Shown here piece after piece: positions 19,506-28,780 of a DNA stretch of 64,000 bases; position 1 is the first letter of the stretch, and each line of letters opens with the position of its first letter. The stretch is from Armatimonadota bacterium. Lineage in GTDB: Bacteria > Armatimonadota > UBA5829 > DSUL01. The stretch lies in NCBI GenBank assembly GCA_052033935.1, contig JBPOJE010000073.1:2159-66158 (forward strand), in the 5' to 3' direction. Below the pieces are notes generated by a model. It was not told where the DNA came from. It searched no databases and was given only the letters and a program-made list of their open reading frames with translations. The translations under genes and the position numbers were made by a program.

Positions 19506-20513
19506 TCACGGTTCGGAAATACCCTCCTGCTCGGGAATGAGCGGCCCTGGGCTTTCGCCCTGCCAGTACGAGCCGGTTGTGACGATGTTCAAGCCGCCGT
19601 CGCCGCGCCGCAAGGCAACAAGGCAGCTCACGCCCCCGCTGCATAGCTCGGGTAGCTCCAAGCCTTCCTCTCCCAGCACGATGAGCGCTGTCGAGTACGC
19701 ATCGCAGAACGTGGCGTCCCGCGCGGCAACGGCCACCAGCACGGCACCCTGGGCGGGCCGGCCGGTTCGCGGGTCAATAATGTGGCCCACAACCTCGCCG
19801 TCTCGCATAACGGTCTTCCCGGCGGTGCACGAGACGCCCAGGCTGCTGTCGTAAAGCCAGGTCTCGGCGAGCACCCGGCCGGGTTCGTGCGGGTCCGGGT
19901 CCGCGACCGCCACGCGCCAGCCCCGGCTGTCGCTGTGAGTCCCGATTGCCGTCACGCTGCTCGTTCCGCCGTGAATAAGGGCCGACCGGACACCGCACTG
20001 CCTGAGAGCGGCCGCCGCGTTGTCGAGGGCTACCCCCTTGCCGACAGCCCCGAAGTCGAGTTCCACGCCGGGCCTGTCGAACGAGACCGTCCAGTCGTCC
20101 CCCCCGAGCTTGATGTGATGCGTCCCGGTGAGCGTGCGCGCCTCCTCAATCTCGGCGTCGGTACCCGGCTCGCGTTCGCCCGTCAGCCCCCAGGCGCGCA
20201 GAAGCGGGCGAACGGTGATGTCGAACGCGCCACCCGTGGCCATGCACATGGCGACAATGCGCTCCAAACGCAGCAGAGCCTCGTGACCGACCTTCACAGG
20301 ACGCAGTCCCGCGTGCTCGTTGATGTGGTAGGTCAGGCTGGAGGGGAGGTAGGCGCTGAACATCTCCTCGGCGCGCGATATTTCGTCCAACGCTTCTTCC
20401 CCGGCCGCGCGCAGGCGGTGGGGTTCAGCGCCGGTGAGTGCAATCTCAAAGCGCGTCGCCATCGCGTGCCGCGAAACCATAACCAGACTGCGGTCGTCCA
20501 TAGCTCGCATCAT
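19506..20513 (-). CDS. FAD:protein FMN transferase (ApbE family), no signal peptide
   Basis: 335 aa. DFGAVGKGVALD (DxGxxxKG motif) and overall ApbE-like sequence are present. The N-terminus is not signal-like, so it is probably cytoplasmic. Confidence 0.8.
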   Translation of the reverse strand: MMRAMDDRSLVMVSRHAMATRFEIALTGAEPHRLRAAGEEALDEISRAEEMFSAYLPSSLTYHINEHAGLRPVKVGHEALLRLERIVAMCMATGGAFDITVRPLLRAWGLTGEREPGTDAEIEEARTLTGTHHIKLGGDDWTVSFDRPGVELDFGAVGKGVALDNAAAALRQCGVRSALIHGGTSSVTAIGTHSDSRGWRVAVADPDPHEPGRVLAETWLYDSSLGVSCTAGKTVMRDGEVVGHIIDPRTGRPAQGAVLVAVAARDATFCDAYSTALIVLGEEGLELPELCSGGVSCLVALRRGDGGLNIVTTGSYWQGESPGPLIPEQEGISEP

Positions 20514-20604
20514 ACCAGAATGGCGCGGCGGGGCGCGAAAAAAGCCGGGGACACGGCCACGCCGTGCCCCCGGCTCCTGTCAGATATCTCTTTTCTGCCT
20601 GCGG

Positions 20605-21891
20605 CTAGACGATCTTCTTCTTGACCGGGTCGAAGTTCATCGTCTTGCCCTGTAGCCAGGCCATCTCGGCCAGGCAAACCACCGTCTGAACCTTGGCCGC
20701 GAGGTCAATGTTGCAGTTCGGGGTCTCACCGGTGCGGATGCAGTGGAACCAGTTGCGCTGATGCTCGCTCTGGCTCTCGCCGGGGCCTACGATCTCGACG
20801 TCTTCTTGATCAATCTCGTCCACGAACGGGCGCTGCGGCCTGATCTGAACCTTGCCGCCGCCGAAGTAGATGTCCGCCTTCGTTCCGCGGATAAGATCCT
20901 CGGGGCCGGTCTCGTTGACGGTGGATCCGATCAGGATCATCTGCGAGCCGTTAGGGAACTGCACGAGGCACTGAGTCGTGTCGGCCACGTCGCGGTCCGG
21001 GGTCGCAATGATCGAGCCGACGGTCATAACCTGCGTCGGATAGTCCGCGCCGCAGGCGATCATCAGCGGGTGCAGCCTGTGCGGGAACAGGTCCGACAGG
21101 ATGCCGGCGGAATACCGGCGATACTTGCGCCAGCGGAAGTAGTGCTCCGGATTCCACGGAATCTTCTTGCCCGTCTTGCCGAGCCACGCGTCCCAGTCGA
21201 GGTTCACGCCCGGCTTCGCGTCATCGTCAAAGCCGTAGTTCCACTCGCCGCCCGGATTGTTGCGGCAGTACCCGCCCTGACTCAGAACGACCTTGCCGAT
21301 CTTGCCCTTCTTGATCTGCTCGCCAGCGGTGCGCCACTTCGCGTCGCTGCAGCCCTGCGACCCGATCTGCACAACGCACTTTGTCCGCTTCGCGGTCTCG
21401 AGGAGCTGCTCGGTCTCTTTGAGGGTGCGGCACATCGGCTTCTCGATGTAGCAGTGAATGCCCTGCTCCATTGCGGCCAGCGCGATGGGTGCGTGCCAGT
21501 GCTCGGGGGTGCCGATGATGATGGCGTCCAAGCCCTTGATCTCGAGGACTTTCCTATAGTCGCGAAACGCCATGCTGGCGGGGAGGCCGGCGTTGTTACC
21601 ATTCGCCAGGGCGCGCTTGTCGAAGACATCGCAGACCGCGATGGACTTGACGTTCACCTCGGCGGGCTGCTCCTTGACCATGTTCACATGGCCGCCGCCC
21701 ATGCCTCCGACACCGATATGCCCGATGTTGATGCGGTCGTTCGCGCCGATCACGCGCGCGGGCGCGACCGCGTAAACGGGGCTCTTCGCCACCGACGTAA
21801 CCGCCAGGCCCGCCGCCGTAGCTCCGGCGGCCTTCAGAAAGTCCCTGCGCGAAAGATTCTTCGCGTCTGTGCTCTTCGTTTCCAGATCCAT
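20605..21891 (-). CDS. Gfo/Idh/MocA family oxidoreductase with twin-arginine (Tat) signal
   Basis: MDLETKSTDAKNLSRRDFLKAAGATAAGLAVTSVA (RRDFLK Tat motif), then NIGHIGVGGMGGGH (Rossmann) and ...YIEKPMC. Confidence 0.85.
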   Translation of the reverse strand: MDLETKSTDAKNLSRRDFLKAAGATAAGLAVTSVAKSPVYAVAPARVIGANDRINIGHIGVGGMGGGHVNMVKEQPAEVNVKSIAVCDVFDKRALANGNNAGLPASMAFRDYRKVLEIKGLDAIIIGTPEHWHAPIALAAMEQGIHCYIEKPMCRTLKETEQLLETAKRTKCVVQIGSQGCSDAKWRTAGEQIKKGKIGKVVLSQGGYCRNNPGGEWNYGFDDDAKPGVNLDWDAWLGKTGKKIPWNPEHYFRWRKYRRYSAGILSDLFPHRLHPLMIACGADYPTQVMTVGSIIATPDRDVADTTQCLVQFPNGSQMILIGSTVNETGPEDLIRGTKADIYFGGGKVQIRPQRPFVDEIDQEDVEIVGPGESQSEHQRNWFHCIRTGETPNCNIDLAAKVQTVVCLAEMAWLQGKTMNFDPVKKKIV

Positions 21892-21967
21892 TACCTATTA
21901 CCTTCCACAACACATGTCATTACTGCCGTCCGCCGGCGCTGCCGGCCAAACGTCACTACCTATGTAA

Positions 21968-23227
21968 TCAGGCGAGGTCGAACCACTCCTTCTGGAATGT
22001 GACCTTTGCGCCGTTCAGCAAGGCCTCATTCGCCTTGATTGCGCACACTGCGGCCGTGTAGCCCGCCTGAGGGCCGGCCTCTGGTTTCGCTCCGCCCCGG
22101 ACCGCGGCAGCGAACTCCTCCATGGCATAGTAGAGCGCATCCTTCCCCGCGTCAGCGGCCTCTTCGCCCGGCTCCTTGCCCTTCGCGATGATCTTGGTCG
22201 CGTTCGCGACGAGCGCGATGCCCGTCTCGTCGCCCACTTTCTCCTTGTGAGCGTACGGTTCCCACCCGAGCATGGCCGAGTCCACTTCCTTGACCATCCA
22301 GCCGCGCTCGCCTTTCAGCATGATCGCCGCCTCGCTTCCGTACAGGCACTCGTACGCGCCTTCGAACGAATTCGCGAGGGTTGCGTCGTAGAGGAAGTTC
22401 GTCTGCTCAGGATACTCGAACACAGCCTGCACTGTGTCGGCCATCTCCCGGCCGTCCGTCCACTTGCGGATGCCGCCGAACGACGTAACCGCCACGGGCA
22501 ACTGGTTGAGATACCAGTTCATGACATCCACCTGATGCACGCCAACCTCGGCCAACAGCCCGGCGCTCGTCGCTTTCGACAGCCGCCAGTTCAGTTCGGC
22601 CTCGCGCTCGGGCGTCGGCGCCATTCTGCGCCAACTCTGCTTCTTGTGCCACTGCGCCCGGCATTCGGCGATGGCACCCGGAACTCCGGCCTTCACGAAC
22701 GAAAACACATGCTTGTGCAGCGGGCTCGACCTCATCTGCAGCCCCGACTGAAACACCTGCTTCGCCGCCAATCCCGCCTTTGCGATCTCCTTCGCCTCTT
22801 CGAGGGTGCTGGCGATCGGCGACTCGCAGTAAACGTGCTTTCCAGCCGCAAGCGCGTCCAGAACAATCTGCTTGTGCCGATGGCTCGGCGTGGCGACGAT
22901 GACGGCCTCCACGCCCTGATGCTCCAGAAGCTGCTTGTAGTCCGTGAAGGACGTAGCCTTGGCGGCCGTCTCCAGAGCCCGCTTGGCGTAGGGCTCGTAG
23001 GTGTCGCAGATGGCGACAACGGACGCGGACGGCAGCTTCGCCAGCGCGGTCAGAATATCCCTGCCCTGCAGCCCGAGTCCGATGACCCCGATGCCCACCG
23101 GTGGGCCGGCCGGAGCGGGGGCCGCCGCCGCGTCCGCCAGAATTTCCTGATTCAGCAGAAAAACGCCGGCCGAAATCGCGCCCGCCCCGATAAGAAAATC
23201 GCGGCGCGAAATAGTGTCAGTGCTCAA
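21968..23227 (-). CDS. Gfo/Idh/MocA family oxidoreductase with Tat signal
   Basis: MSTDTISRRDFLIGAGAISAGVFLL (Tat), GIGVIGLGLQGRD (Rossmann), HVYCESP. Confidence 0.85.
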   Translation of the reverse strand: MSTDTISRRDFLIGAGAISAGVFLLNQEILADAAAAPAPAGPPVGIGVIGLGLQGRDILTALAKLPSASVVAICDTYEPYAKRALETAAKATSFTDYKQLLEHQGVEAVIVATPSHRHKQIVLDALAAGKHVYCESPIASTLEEAKEIAKAGLAAKQVFQSGLQMRSSPLHKHVFSFVKAGVPGAIAECRAQWHKKQSWRRMAPTPEREAELNWRLSKATSAGLLAEVGVHQVDVMNWYLNQLPVAVTSFGGIRKWTDGREMADTVQAVFEYPEQTNFLYDATLANSFEGAYECLYGSEAAIMLKGERGWMVKEVDSAMLGWEPYAHKEKVGDETGIALVANATKIIAKGKEPGEEAADAGKDALYYAMEEFAAAVRGGAKPEAGPQAGYTAAVCAIKANEALLNGAKVTFQKEWFDLA

Positions 23228-23422
23228 ATGTGCCTCCAGTTGTTATCTGCCGCACCCCCCGTGAACGCGAGGCACCGCGCCCCGCGCAACTATTATACTT
23301 CGCGGAACGAGGAGTTCATCCCTGCTGCAATGCGTGACCGATTGGCCCGCCGGCGCTCGCCGCCGCACTTAAGACCGCCGGCGAGCGCAAAACGGGACGC
23401 CGCCTTCGGTCCGCCTTGCCCG

Positions 23423-24583
23423 TCAGTACTTCACTTCCTCCCACTGCTTCGACTTGTTGGACTCGAGCACCGCCTCGACGATGGCAATCTCGTTGTGTCC
23501 GTCCACAAAGGTCGGGAAGGGGACCTTGCCGCCGTTCGGATCGCTGCCCTCGGCTACGAACGTATAGAACGCCTGCATGAAGTTCTTGAGCCCGTCTGGG
23601 TAGCCTTCCGGGTGCCCGCCGGGGTAGCCGGCGCAGGCCTTCGCCTCGGCCGACAGCAGCGAGGCGTCGCGCATCAGCACTTGGTTCGCGCTGTCCCTGC
23701 GGCCGATCCACAGCCGCTCCACGTCCTCCTGGTCGAAGGCGAACGCGGCGTTCTCGCAGTCAATCTCGTAGTACAGCCGGTTCTTGCGGCCCGCCGCAAC
23801 CTGGCAGACCGTAAACGTCCCGCGCGTGCCGCCGTCCATCTCGAACAGCACCGTTCCATAGTCTTCGGTCGTCACGGGCACCGGCTCGTAGTCTTCGGGC
23901 GTCAGTTCTTTGCCGGCGTAGGTCTCGATGGCCTTCTTCGGCTTCATGCGGGTCTTGTGGATCACCGCCAGGTCTGCATACACCCGCGTGATCTTCTGAT
24001 CCGTGATGTACATCAGCAAATCGCACCAGTGGCTGCCGACGTCGGCCACCGCGCGGCTTTCGCCGCCAGCCTCGGGCTCGATGCGCCAGTTGTAGTCGGT
24101 CGCCAGAAGCAGCCAGTCCTGCAGGTAGCTGCCGGTAATCACCAGCGGGCGGCCATACTCTCCCGACTGCACCCGCTGTCGGGTCTCCTGGTTCAGCGGA
24201 TAGAAACGGTAGTTGAAATCAACGGCGTTGATCTTGCCCGTCTCTTTTGCAAGCCGCACCAGCTCGGCCGACTCCTTCGAGTTCATCGCGAGCGGCTTCT
24301 CGCTGAAAACATGCTTGCCCGCCTTCAGCGCCTCCACCGCCAGCGGGTAGTGCAGCGTGTTCGGGGTACACAGGTGCACGACCTCGATGGAGGGGTCGGC
24401 GAGCAGCTTCTTGTAATCGCCGTACGCCTGGGCGACCGAAAGCTGCTTTGCCTTCGCGTCCGCCGTCACCTGGTCCATCTCCGCCAAAGCGGCGACCTCG
24501 ACGAAACCCAGCCGCCGCGCGGCCTCGATGTGCGCCGGGCCGATGAACCCGGTCCCGATGATGCCTGATCTGATCTTTCTCAT
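23423..24583 (-). CDS. Gfo/Idh/MocA family oxidoreductase (cytoplasmic)
   Basis: MRKIRSGIIGTGFIGPAHIEAARRL...GKHVFSEKPLA, with no signal peptide. Confidence 0.85.
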   Translation of the reverse strand: MRKIRSGIIGTGFIGPAHIEAARRLGFVEVAALAEMDQVTADAKAKQLSVAQAYGDYKKLLADPSIEVVHLCTPNTLHYPLAVEALKAGKHVFSEKPLAMNSKESAELVRLAKETGKINAVDFNYRFYPLNQETRQRVQSGEYGRPLVITGSYLQDWLLLATDYNWRIEPEAGGESRAVADVGSHWCDLLMYITDQKITRVYADLAVIHKTRMKPKKAIETYAGKELTPEDYEPVPVTTEDYGTVLFEMDGGTRGTFTVCQVAAGRKNRLYYEIDCENAAFAFDQEDVERLWIGRRDSANQVLMRDASLLSAEAKACAGYPGGHPEGYPDGLKNFMQAFYTFVAEGSDPNGGKVPFPTFVDGHNEIAIVEAVLESNKSKQWEEVKY

Positions 24584-24661
24584 CTTTGCTTCTCCTCAGA
24601 GTACGTTATTTGACGAATCTGAACTTCTCTTGCGGGGGCGCGTTGCCCTGCCCCGCGCCCG

Positions 24662-25753
24662 TTAGGCCGTCTGCTCCGTCCTGCGCCTGTTTCTGGCGTT
24701 TTCGATGATGCGCTCGATATCCGCGTCGTCAACGGCGCGCTCGAAGCTGCGGAAGCCCGACAGCCGGAACCCTTGCGACTCCGCCATCGCCGTTATCTCG
24801 TCCACCTGCTCCACCGACACGTCCTTGCCGAGCGTGAAGCTCTCGTAGCGCTCCGCCAGCGCGAGCGCCATCGTCTCGGACATGCAGGCGTACGCCTTGC
24901 CGGGCGGAAAACCGAAGTCGAAGTGGAAGTCCACTTCGCCGGGTGGGTCCACGATGCCGCCCTCGATCACCAGCACGTCGTCGCGCTCCCTCGCCACGCG
25001 GACAGACACATCCCTCGGCCGCGCGACGTCGCAGACGACCGCCCCAGGCTTCAGGTGGCCGGGCAGCACGATTGCGTCCACAGCGCTCGACACCGTCACG
25101 ACGATGTCCGCCGAAGGCAGGCTGTCCGCCACCGATGTGCTGATGCTCACGTGGGCCGCCGAGCCTTCGCGTATCTCGGCCGCGAGCGCTTCCAGCTTGT
25201 CCGGGCTGCGTCCCACAAGCACGATCTCGGGATAGTCCCGCGCTAGCAGCTTCGCGCAGGTCTTTCCGATGGAGCCGGTCGCCCCCACAATCGCCACGCG
25301 CGCTTCGTGCTGGGGAACCTCGAGCATCTCCGCGGCGCGCCTGGCGCCCTGAACCGCGGCCGCCACAGTGTAGCTGTTGCCGGTCGTAATGGCGATGTTC
25401 ACCCTCTTGCTGAGCGTCACGCCGCCGTCGCCCACCACCGACGTGAACGCGCCGAGCCCCATAATCTTCGCGCCCCGCTCCTCGGCCAGCCGCGCCGCAA
25501 TCACAAGCCGCTTCCACACCTCCTCCTCGGGCAGCGAAAGGAGCTGGCGTGGCGTCAGCGGACAGGCGATGAACCAGCCCTCGGCCTCGGTCCCGCCGGC
25601 CGCGCGAACGCCTGTGATGTGGCTTACGACAAACGGATCCTTGTGCTTGATGGCCCATTCGACCAAGCGGTCGGGCAGGTACTTCGCGACCGGGTACTGC
25701 CGCGCGACGTCCTTCGCGTTCAGGGGGTGTATGATGAAGGCAAATCGTTCCAT
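24662..25753 (-). CDS. acyl-ACP reductase (AAR)-like NAD(P)-binding protein (shikimate-DH-like N-domain + Rossmann domain)
   Basis: MERFAFIIHPLNAKDV...GLGAFTSVV...ITTGNSYTVAAAV...VAIVGATGSIGKTCAKLLA. These parallel the cyanobacterial acyl-ACP reductase segments as I recall them (FGLIGHL..., ALGGFTSI, FTTGNTHTAYV, VAVVGATGDIGSAV). The assignment rests on recalled family similarity only. Confidence 0.55.
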   Translation of the reverse strand: MERFAFIIHPLNAKDVARQYPVAKYLPDRLVEWAIKHKDPFVVSHITGVRAAGGTEAEGWFIACPLTPRQLLSLPEEEVWKRLVIAARLAEERGAKIMGLGAFTSVVGDGGVTLSKRVNIAITTGNSYTVAAAVQGARRAAEMLEVPQHEARVAIVGATGSIGKTCAKLLARDYPEIVLVGRSPDKLEALAAEIREGSAAHVSISTSVADSLPSADIVVTVSSAVDAIVLPGHLKPGAVVCDVARPRDVSVRVARERDDVLVIEGGIVDPPGEVDFHFDFGFPPGKAYACMSETMALALAERYESFTLGKDVSVEQVDEITAMAESQGFRLSGFRSFERAVDDADIERIIENARNRRRTEQTA

Positions 25754-25775
25754 AGGGTAAGCGGGTGGCGTCTTT

Positions 25776-26579
25776 CTACTCTGACGCCTCCGGGGCCTTT
25801 GCAGGTTCGGCAGGCTTGCGCTTGTGCGCCAGGAACCAGTCGTACAGCTCCTGATTGTTGTACGCCTCGGTCCACGAGTCGTGCCCGGCCTCGGGATACA
25901 CGGTGAACTTCACCTCTGGCGCGCCCGCATTCTTCAGCGCCGCCACCATGTCCTCGGAACGCTTGATCGGCACGGTGGTGTCCTTCGCGCCGTGGAACAC
26001 CCAGACGGGCATATCCTTGATAGCCCCAACGGTGAACGCGTTCCCGCCGCCGCAGATGGGCGCGATGGCGGCGAAGCGCTGAGGATCCGCGATGGCCAGA
26101 GCCCATGTGCCGAATCCGCCCATGCTCAGCCCGGTCAAATAGACGCGGTCCTTATCAATCCGGTAGTTGTCCGCAAGCTCATCGAGCAGCGCAAAGAGCG
26201 TGTCCAGCTTGCTGTCCCACCAGACTCCTTCCGGGCACTGCGGAGCGGCGACTATAAACGGGAAGTCACCCTTTGCCTCCGCCACCTTGATGGGGCCGTG
26301 GATCTTCACCTTCTGCACGTCGTTTCCACGCTCGCCCGCTCCGTGCAGAAAGAGAATCAGCGGCCAGCGCTTGTCGCTGTCCGCAGTGTAGTCTTTCGGC
26401 AGAAACAGGAGGTAGTTCGCGCCCACCGACAGCGTAATCCTGCGCTCGAAGCTCTTTGCGCTGACACCGGTGGCGCCGGAGTCCTGCGCCCGGGAAGGCA
26501 GCGCCGCCAGAACGAGAACCAGAATCATCAATGCGAGAACCATGCCCGCGCCCTTTCCATATCCGTGCATCATATTCAT
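25776..26579 (-). CDS. secreted alpha/beta-hydrolase (phospholipase/carboxylesterase-like, GLSMGG nucleophile elbow)
   Basis: Start ATG 26579 (MNMMHGYGKGAGMVLALMILVLVLAALPSRA signal) overlaps the upstream stop by 4 nt (ATGA). LILFLHGAGERG, YLTGLSMGGFGTW, HGAKDTTVP are present. The track ORF 25776..27182 is an artefactual extension. Confidence 0.8.
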   Translation of the reverse strand: MNMMHGYGKGAGMVLALMILVLVLAALPSRAQDSGATGVSAKSFERRITLSVGANYLLFLPKDYTADSDKRWPLILFLHGAGERGNDVQKVKIHGPIKVAEAKGDFPFIVAAPQCPEGVWWDSKLDTLFALLDELADNYRIDKDRVYLTGLSMGGFGTWALAIADPQRFAAIAPICGGGNAFTVGAIKDMPVWVFHGAKDTTVPIKRSEDMVAALKNAGAPEVKFTVYPEAGHDSWTEAYNNQELYDWFLAHKRKPAEPAKAPEASE

Positions 26580-27484
26580 AAATCGGTAACCTCCGGTTTC
26601 CAGCGGAGTTCTTTCAGCATGCGGCTGAAGTCGTCCGGCGTCAAGCCACGCGCGTCTTTGCCTGAGGCCGCCACGATCGCCGCTTCCATTACGTTTGTGC
26701 CCGGTGAGCGCCCCCCGAAGGCGGGGGTTGTCGTGATGAGCCGCTTCGCGCCGCGGCTTGCAATCTCGTCCCGGAACTCCGCCGTGGTCGTGTTGGTGAT
26801 AATCGTCTTGCCCGCGAGCGACCCTTCGCCCTCCGGCATGCGCCGGCGGATCATGTGCCGGTCCCCCGCGATGACATCCGCCCACGAGTATGCCCACCCG
26901 AACCGCGGGCGCGCCACATCCTGTTTCGCTCCTGTCGGATAGAGCCACCGGAACGGCAGCCTCACCGCCACCGGTAGGATGAGCGCGGCGAGCGGCCTGA
27001 CTAGGCGAAACGACCGGATCGGAATCGGCAGCCCTAGCGCAAACATCAGGTCGCCGTAGATGGCCGGGCCGCCGCAGGCGGCGATCTCCTCGGCCATCCC
27101 GAACCTGTCCACCGCACACACCATCAGCGTGTTCACCTCGCCGAAATGCACAATGCCGCGCGCGTTGAGATAGCGGACGCACTCGCGCTCCAGCGTGTTC
27201 TTAAGCCCGCTTCCGTCCACGACCGGCGTCTGCTTCACCAGAGCCGCGAGCTTGCTGATCTCGCGGAACGTATAGCGCCGCCCGTCTGCGTAAACGTACA
27301 TATCGGCACCGCCAAGCCCGATAGCATCCGCCTTGCCATCCAGCTCGCGGAGCTTTGCGGCGTAATCGGTGAGGCTGCCGTTCGTGCCGGCGCGGCTGAT
27401 CTCAATGTCCTGCCCTAGATAGCGGACCGTCGTCTGAAAGTCACCCTTCGCGCTTCCGAGACTTACGCTCACGACCTTCTTCAT
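26576..27484 (-). CDS. conserved hypothetical protein (family not confidently recognised)
   Basis: 302-aa ORF MKKVVSVSLGSAKGDFQTTVRYLGQDIEISRAGTNG...DAIGLGGADMYVYADGRRYTF. It is translationally coupled (4-nt overlap) to the downstream esterase. Confidence 0.5.
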   Translation of the reverse strand: MKKVVSVSLGSAKGDFQTTVRYLGQDIEISRAGTNGSLTDYAAKLRELDGKADAIGLGGADMYVYADGRRYTFREISKLAALVKQTPVVDGSGLKNTLERECVRYLNARGIVHFGEVNTLMVCAVDRFGMAEEIAACGGPAIYGDLMFALGLPIPIRSFRLVRPLAALILPVAVRLPFRWLYPTGAKQDVARPRFGWAYSWADVIAGDRHMIRRRMPEGEGSLAGKTIITNTTTAEFRDEIASRGAKRLITTTPAFGGRSPGTNVMEAAIVAASGKDARGLTPDDFSRMLKELRWKPEVTDL

Positions 27485-27652
27485 GTCAGCAGGTATTATA
27501 CAGGTTTACCGCCGCGAAAGGGAGTGGTGTGCGATCCGCCTCACGCTCCATCGCCGTTGGGGTTGAGCTGTTCTTGCGCGGCAGGGGCGACCACATGCCG
27601 CCATGAATCCACGTCGTGGCTTATCTCCTGAGTCCGCCTCTCTCAGCCGGTC

Positions 27653-28720
27653 TTAGCGCGCGAACCGGAACCCGAACGATTTGGTCCAGTAGTTCTCCGG
27701 GCGGTTGTTGCTGCGGGCCGAGACGCGGGCACAGTAGTCCGTGCCGTTCCAGCCGCAGCCCCGGATGGCGCGATATGTGCCGGTGGCCGGCCCTTGCGGG
27801 TCCTGGGTGGGCGAGACACTGTAGTAGCTGCTGCTGAACCAGTCCAGGCACCATTCGGCGACGTTGCCGGCCATGTCATGGCATCCGTACGGGCTCACTC
27901 CGGAGGGGTAGCACCCCACCGGCGCCGTCTGATAACCCGGGTACAGCGTGTCGTTGGTGTTGTTTGACCTCTGGGCATCATACACACTGCCCCAGGGATA
28001 GATGTTCGGGTAGCTGCCGGTCCAGCGGCCGGCCTTCTCCCACTGCGCTTCCGTGGGCAACCGTCCGCCTGCCCACGCGCAGTATGCCTCGGCCTCGTAG
28101 TAGCTTACGGCAACCACAGGATGAGCGTCAGTCTGTGTAAAGGGCCCCGTGCCCCAGTCCTGCTGCTCGGCCCAGGAATCGGGCTCGGTGCGGTCGCGGC
28201 CTTCCTTCCACGTCCAGCCCGCGCTCGACCAGTACGCGGGATTGCTGTAGCCGCCCGCCTGCATAAAGGCGCGGTAGTCGCCCCGAGTCACTTCGTACTT
28301 GCCGATCCAGTAGCCGGAGAGGGTCACCTGGTGCTGCGGCAGTTCGCTTGTCGCCGAGTATGGCTCGCTGCCATTGTTGCCCATCAGAAAAGCCCCGGCT
28401 GGGACATACACCATCTCAGTCCGGCAGGGACCGGCGTAGAGAGTTGACTTGCAGGGCGCCTGTGATGCCGCCAGAACGCCCTCGGCATAGTCGCCCTCGA
28501 CGATCAGAAAATCGCCCGGCTTGCCGGTGATTCCCGTAACCGTTATCTCCCCCCTGCCGTCCGACAGCACCAGCGGCGACTCAGAGGTCACACACCCGTA
28601 CACGACGACCGGGTTGGGAGGGTTCGGGGCGTACCCCAGATCGGAGATGCGGACGGTGTACGCCGCCCATCCAGGTGCGGACGATGCGAGCAGCACAAGA
28701 GCGCAGAACAGCTTTTTCAT
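27653..28720 (-). CDS. secreted FGE-sulfatase-fold (SUMF1/DUF323) domain protein, paralog of the C-terminus of 7923..11000
   Basis: Probable start MKKLFCALVLLASSAPGWA (28720). YWIGKYEVTRGDYRAFMQAGGYSNPAYWSSAGWTWK...GCHDMAGNVAEWCLDW...FGFRFAR is near-identical in motif order to the 7923 gene C-terminus. Confidence 0.75.
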   Translation of the reverse strand: MKKLFCALVLLASSAPGWAAYTVRISDLGYAPNPPNPVVVYGCVTSESPLVLSDGRGEITVTGITGKPGDFLIVEGDYAEGVLAASQAPCKSTLYAGPCRTEMVYVPAGAFLMGNNGSEPYSATSELPQHQVTLSGYWIGKYEVTRGDYRAFMQAGGYSNPAYWSSAGWTWKEGRDRTEPDSWAEQQDWGTGPFTQTDAHPVVAVSYYEAEAYCAWAGGRLPTEAQWEKAGRWTGSYPNIYPWGSVYDAQRSNNTNDTLYPGYQTAPVGCYPSGVSPYGCHDMAGNVAEWCLDWFSSSYYSVSPTQDPQGPATGTYRAIRGCGWNGTDYCARVSARSNNRPENYWTKSFGFRFAR

Positions 28721-28780
28721 CTGAGTCCTCATGCCTATGGTGCGACAGGAGGGCCGGGCTGTCAAGGCCGAAAGCGCGGT

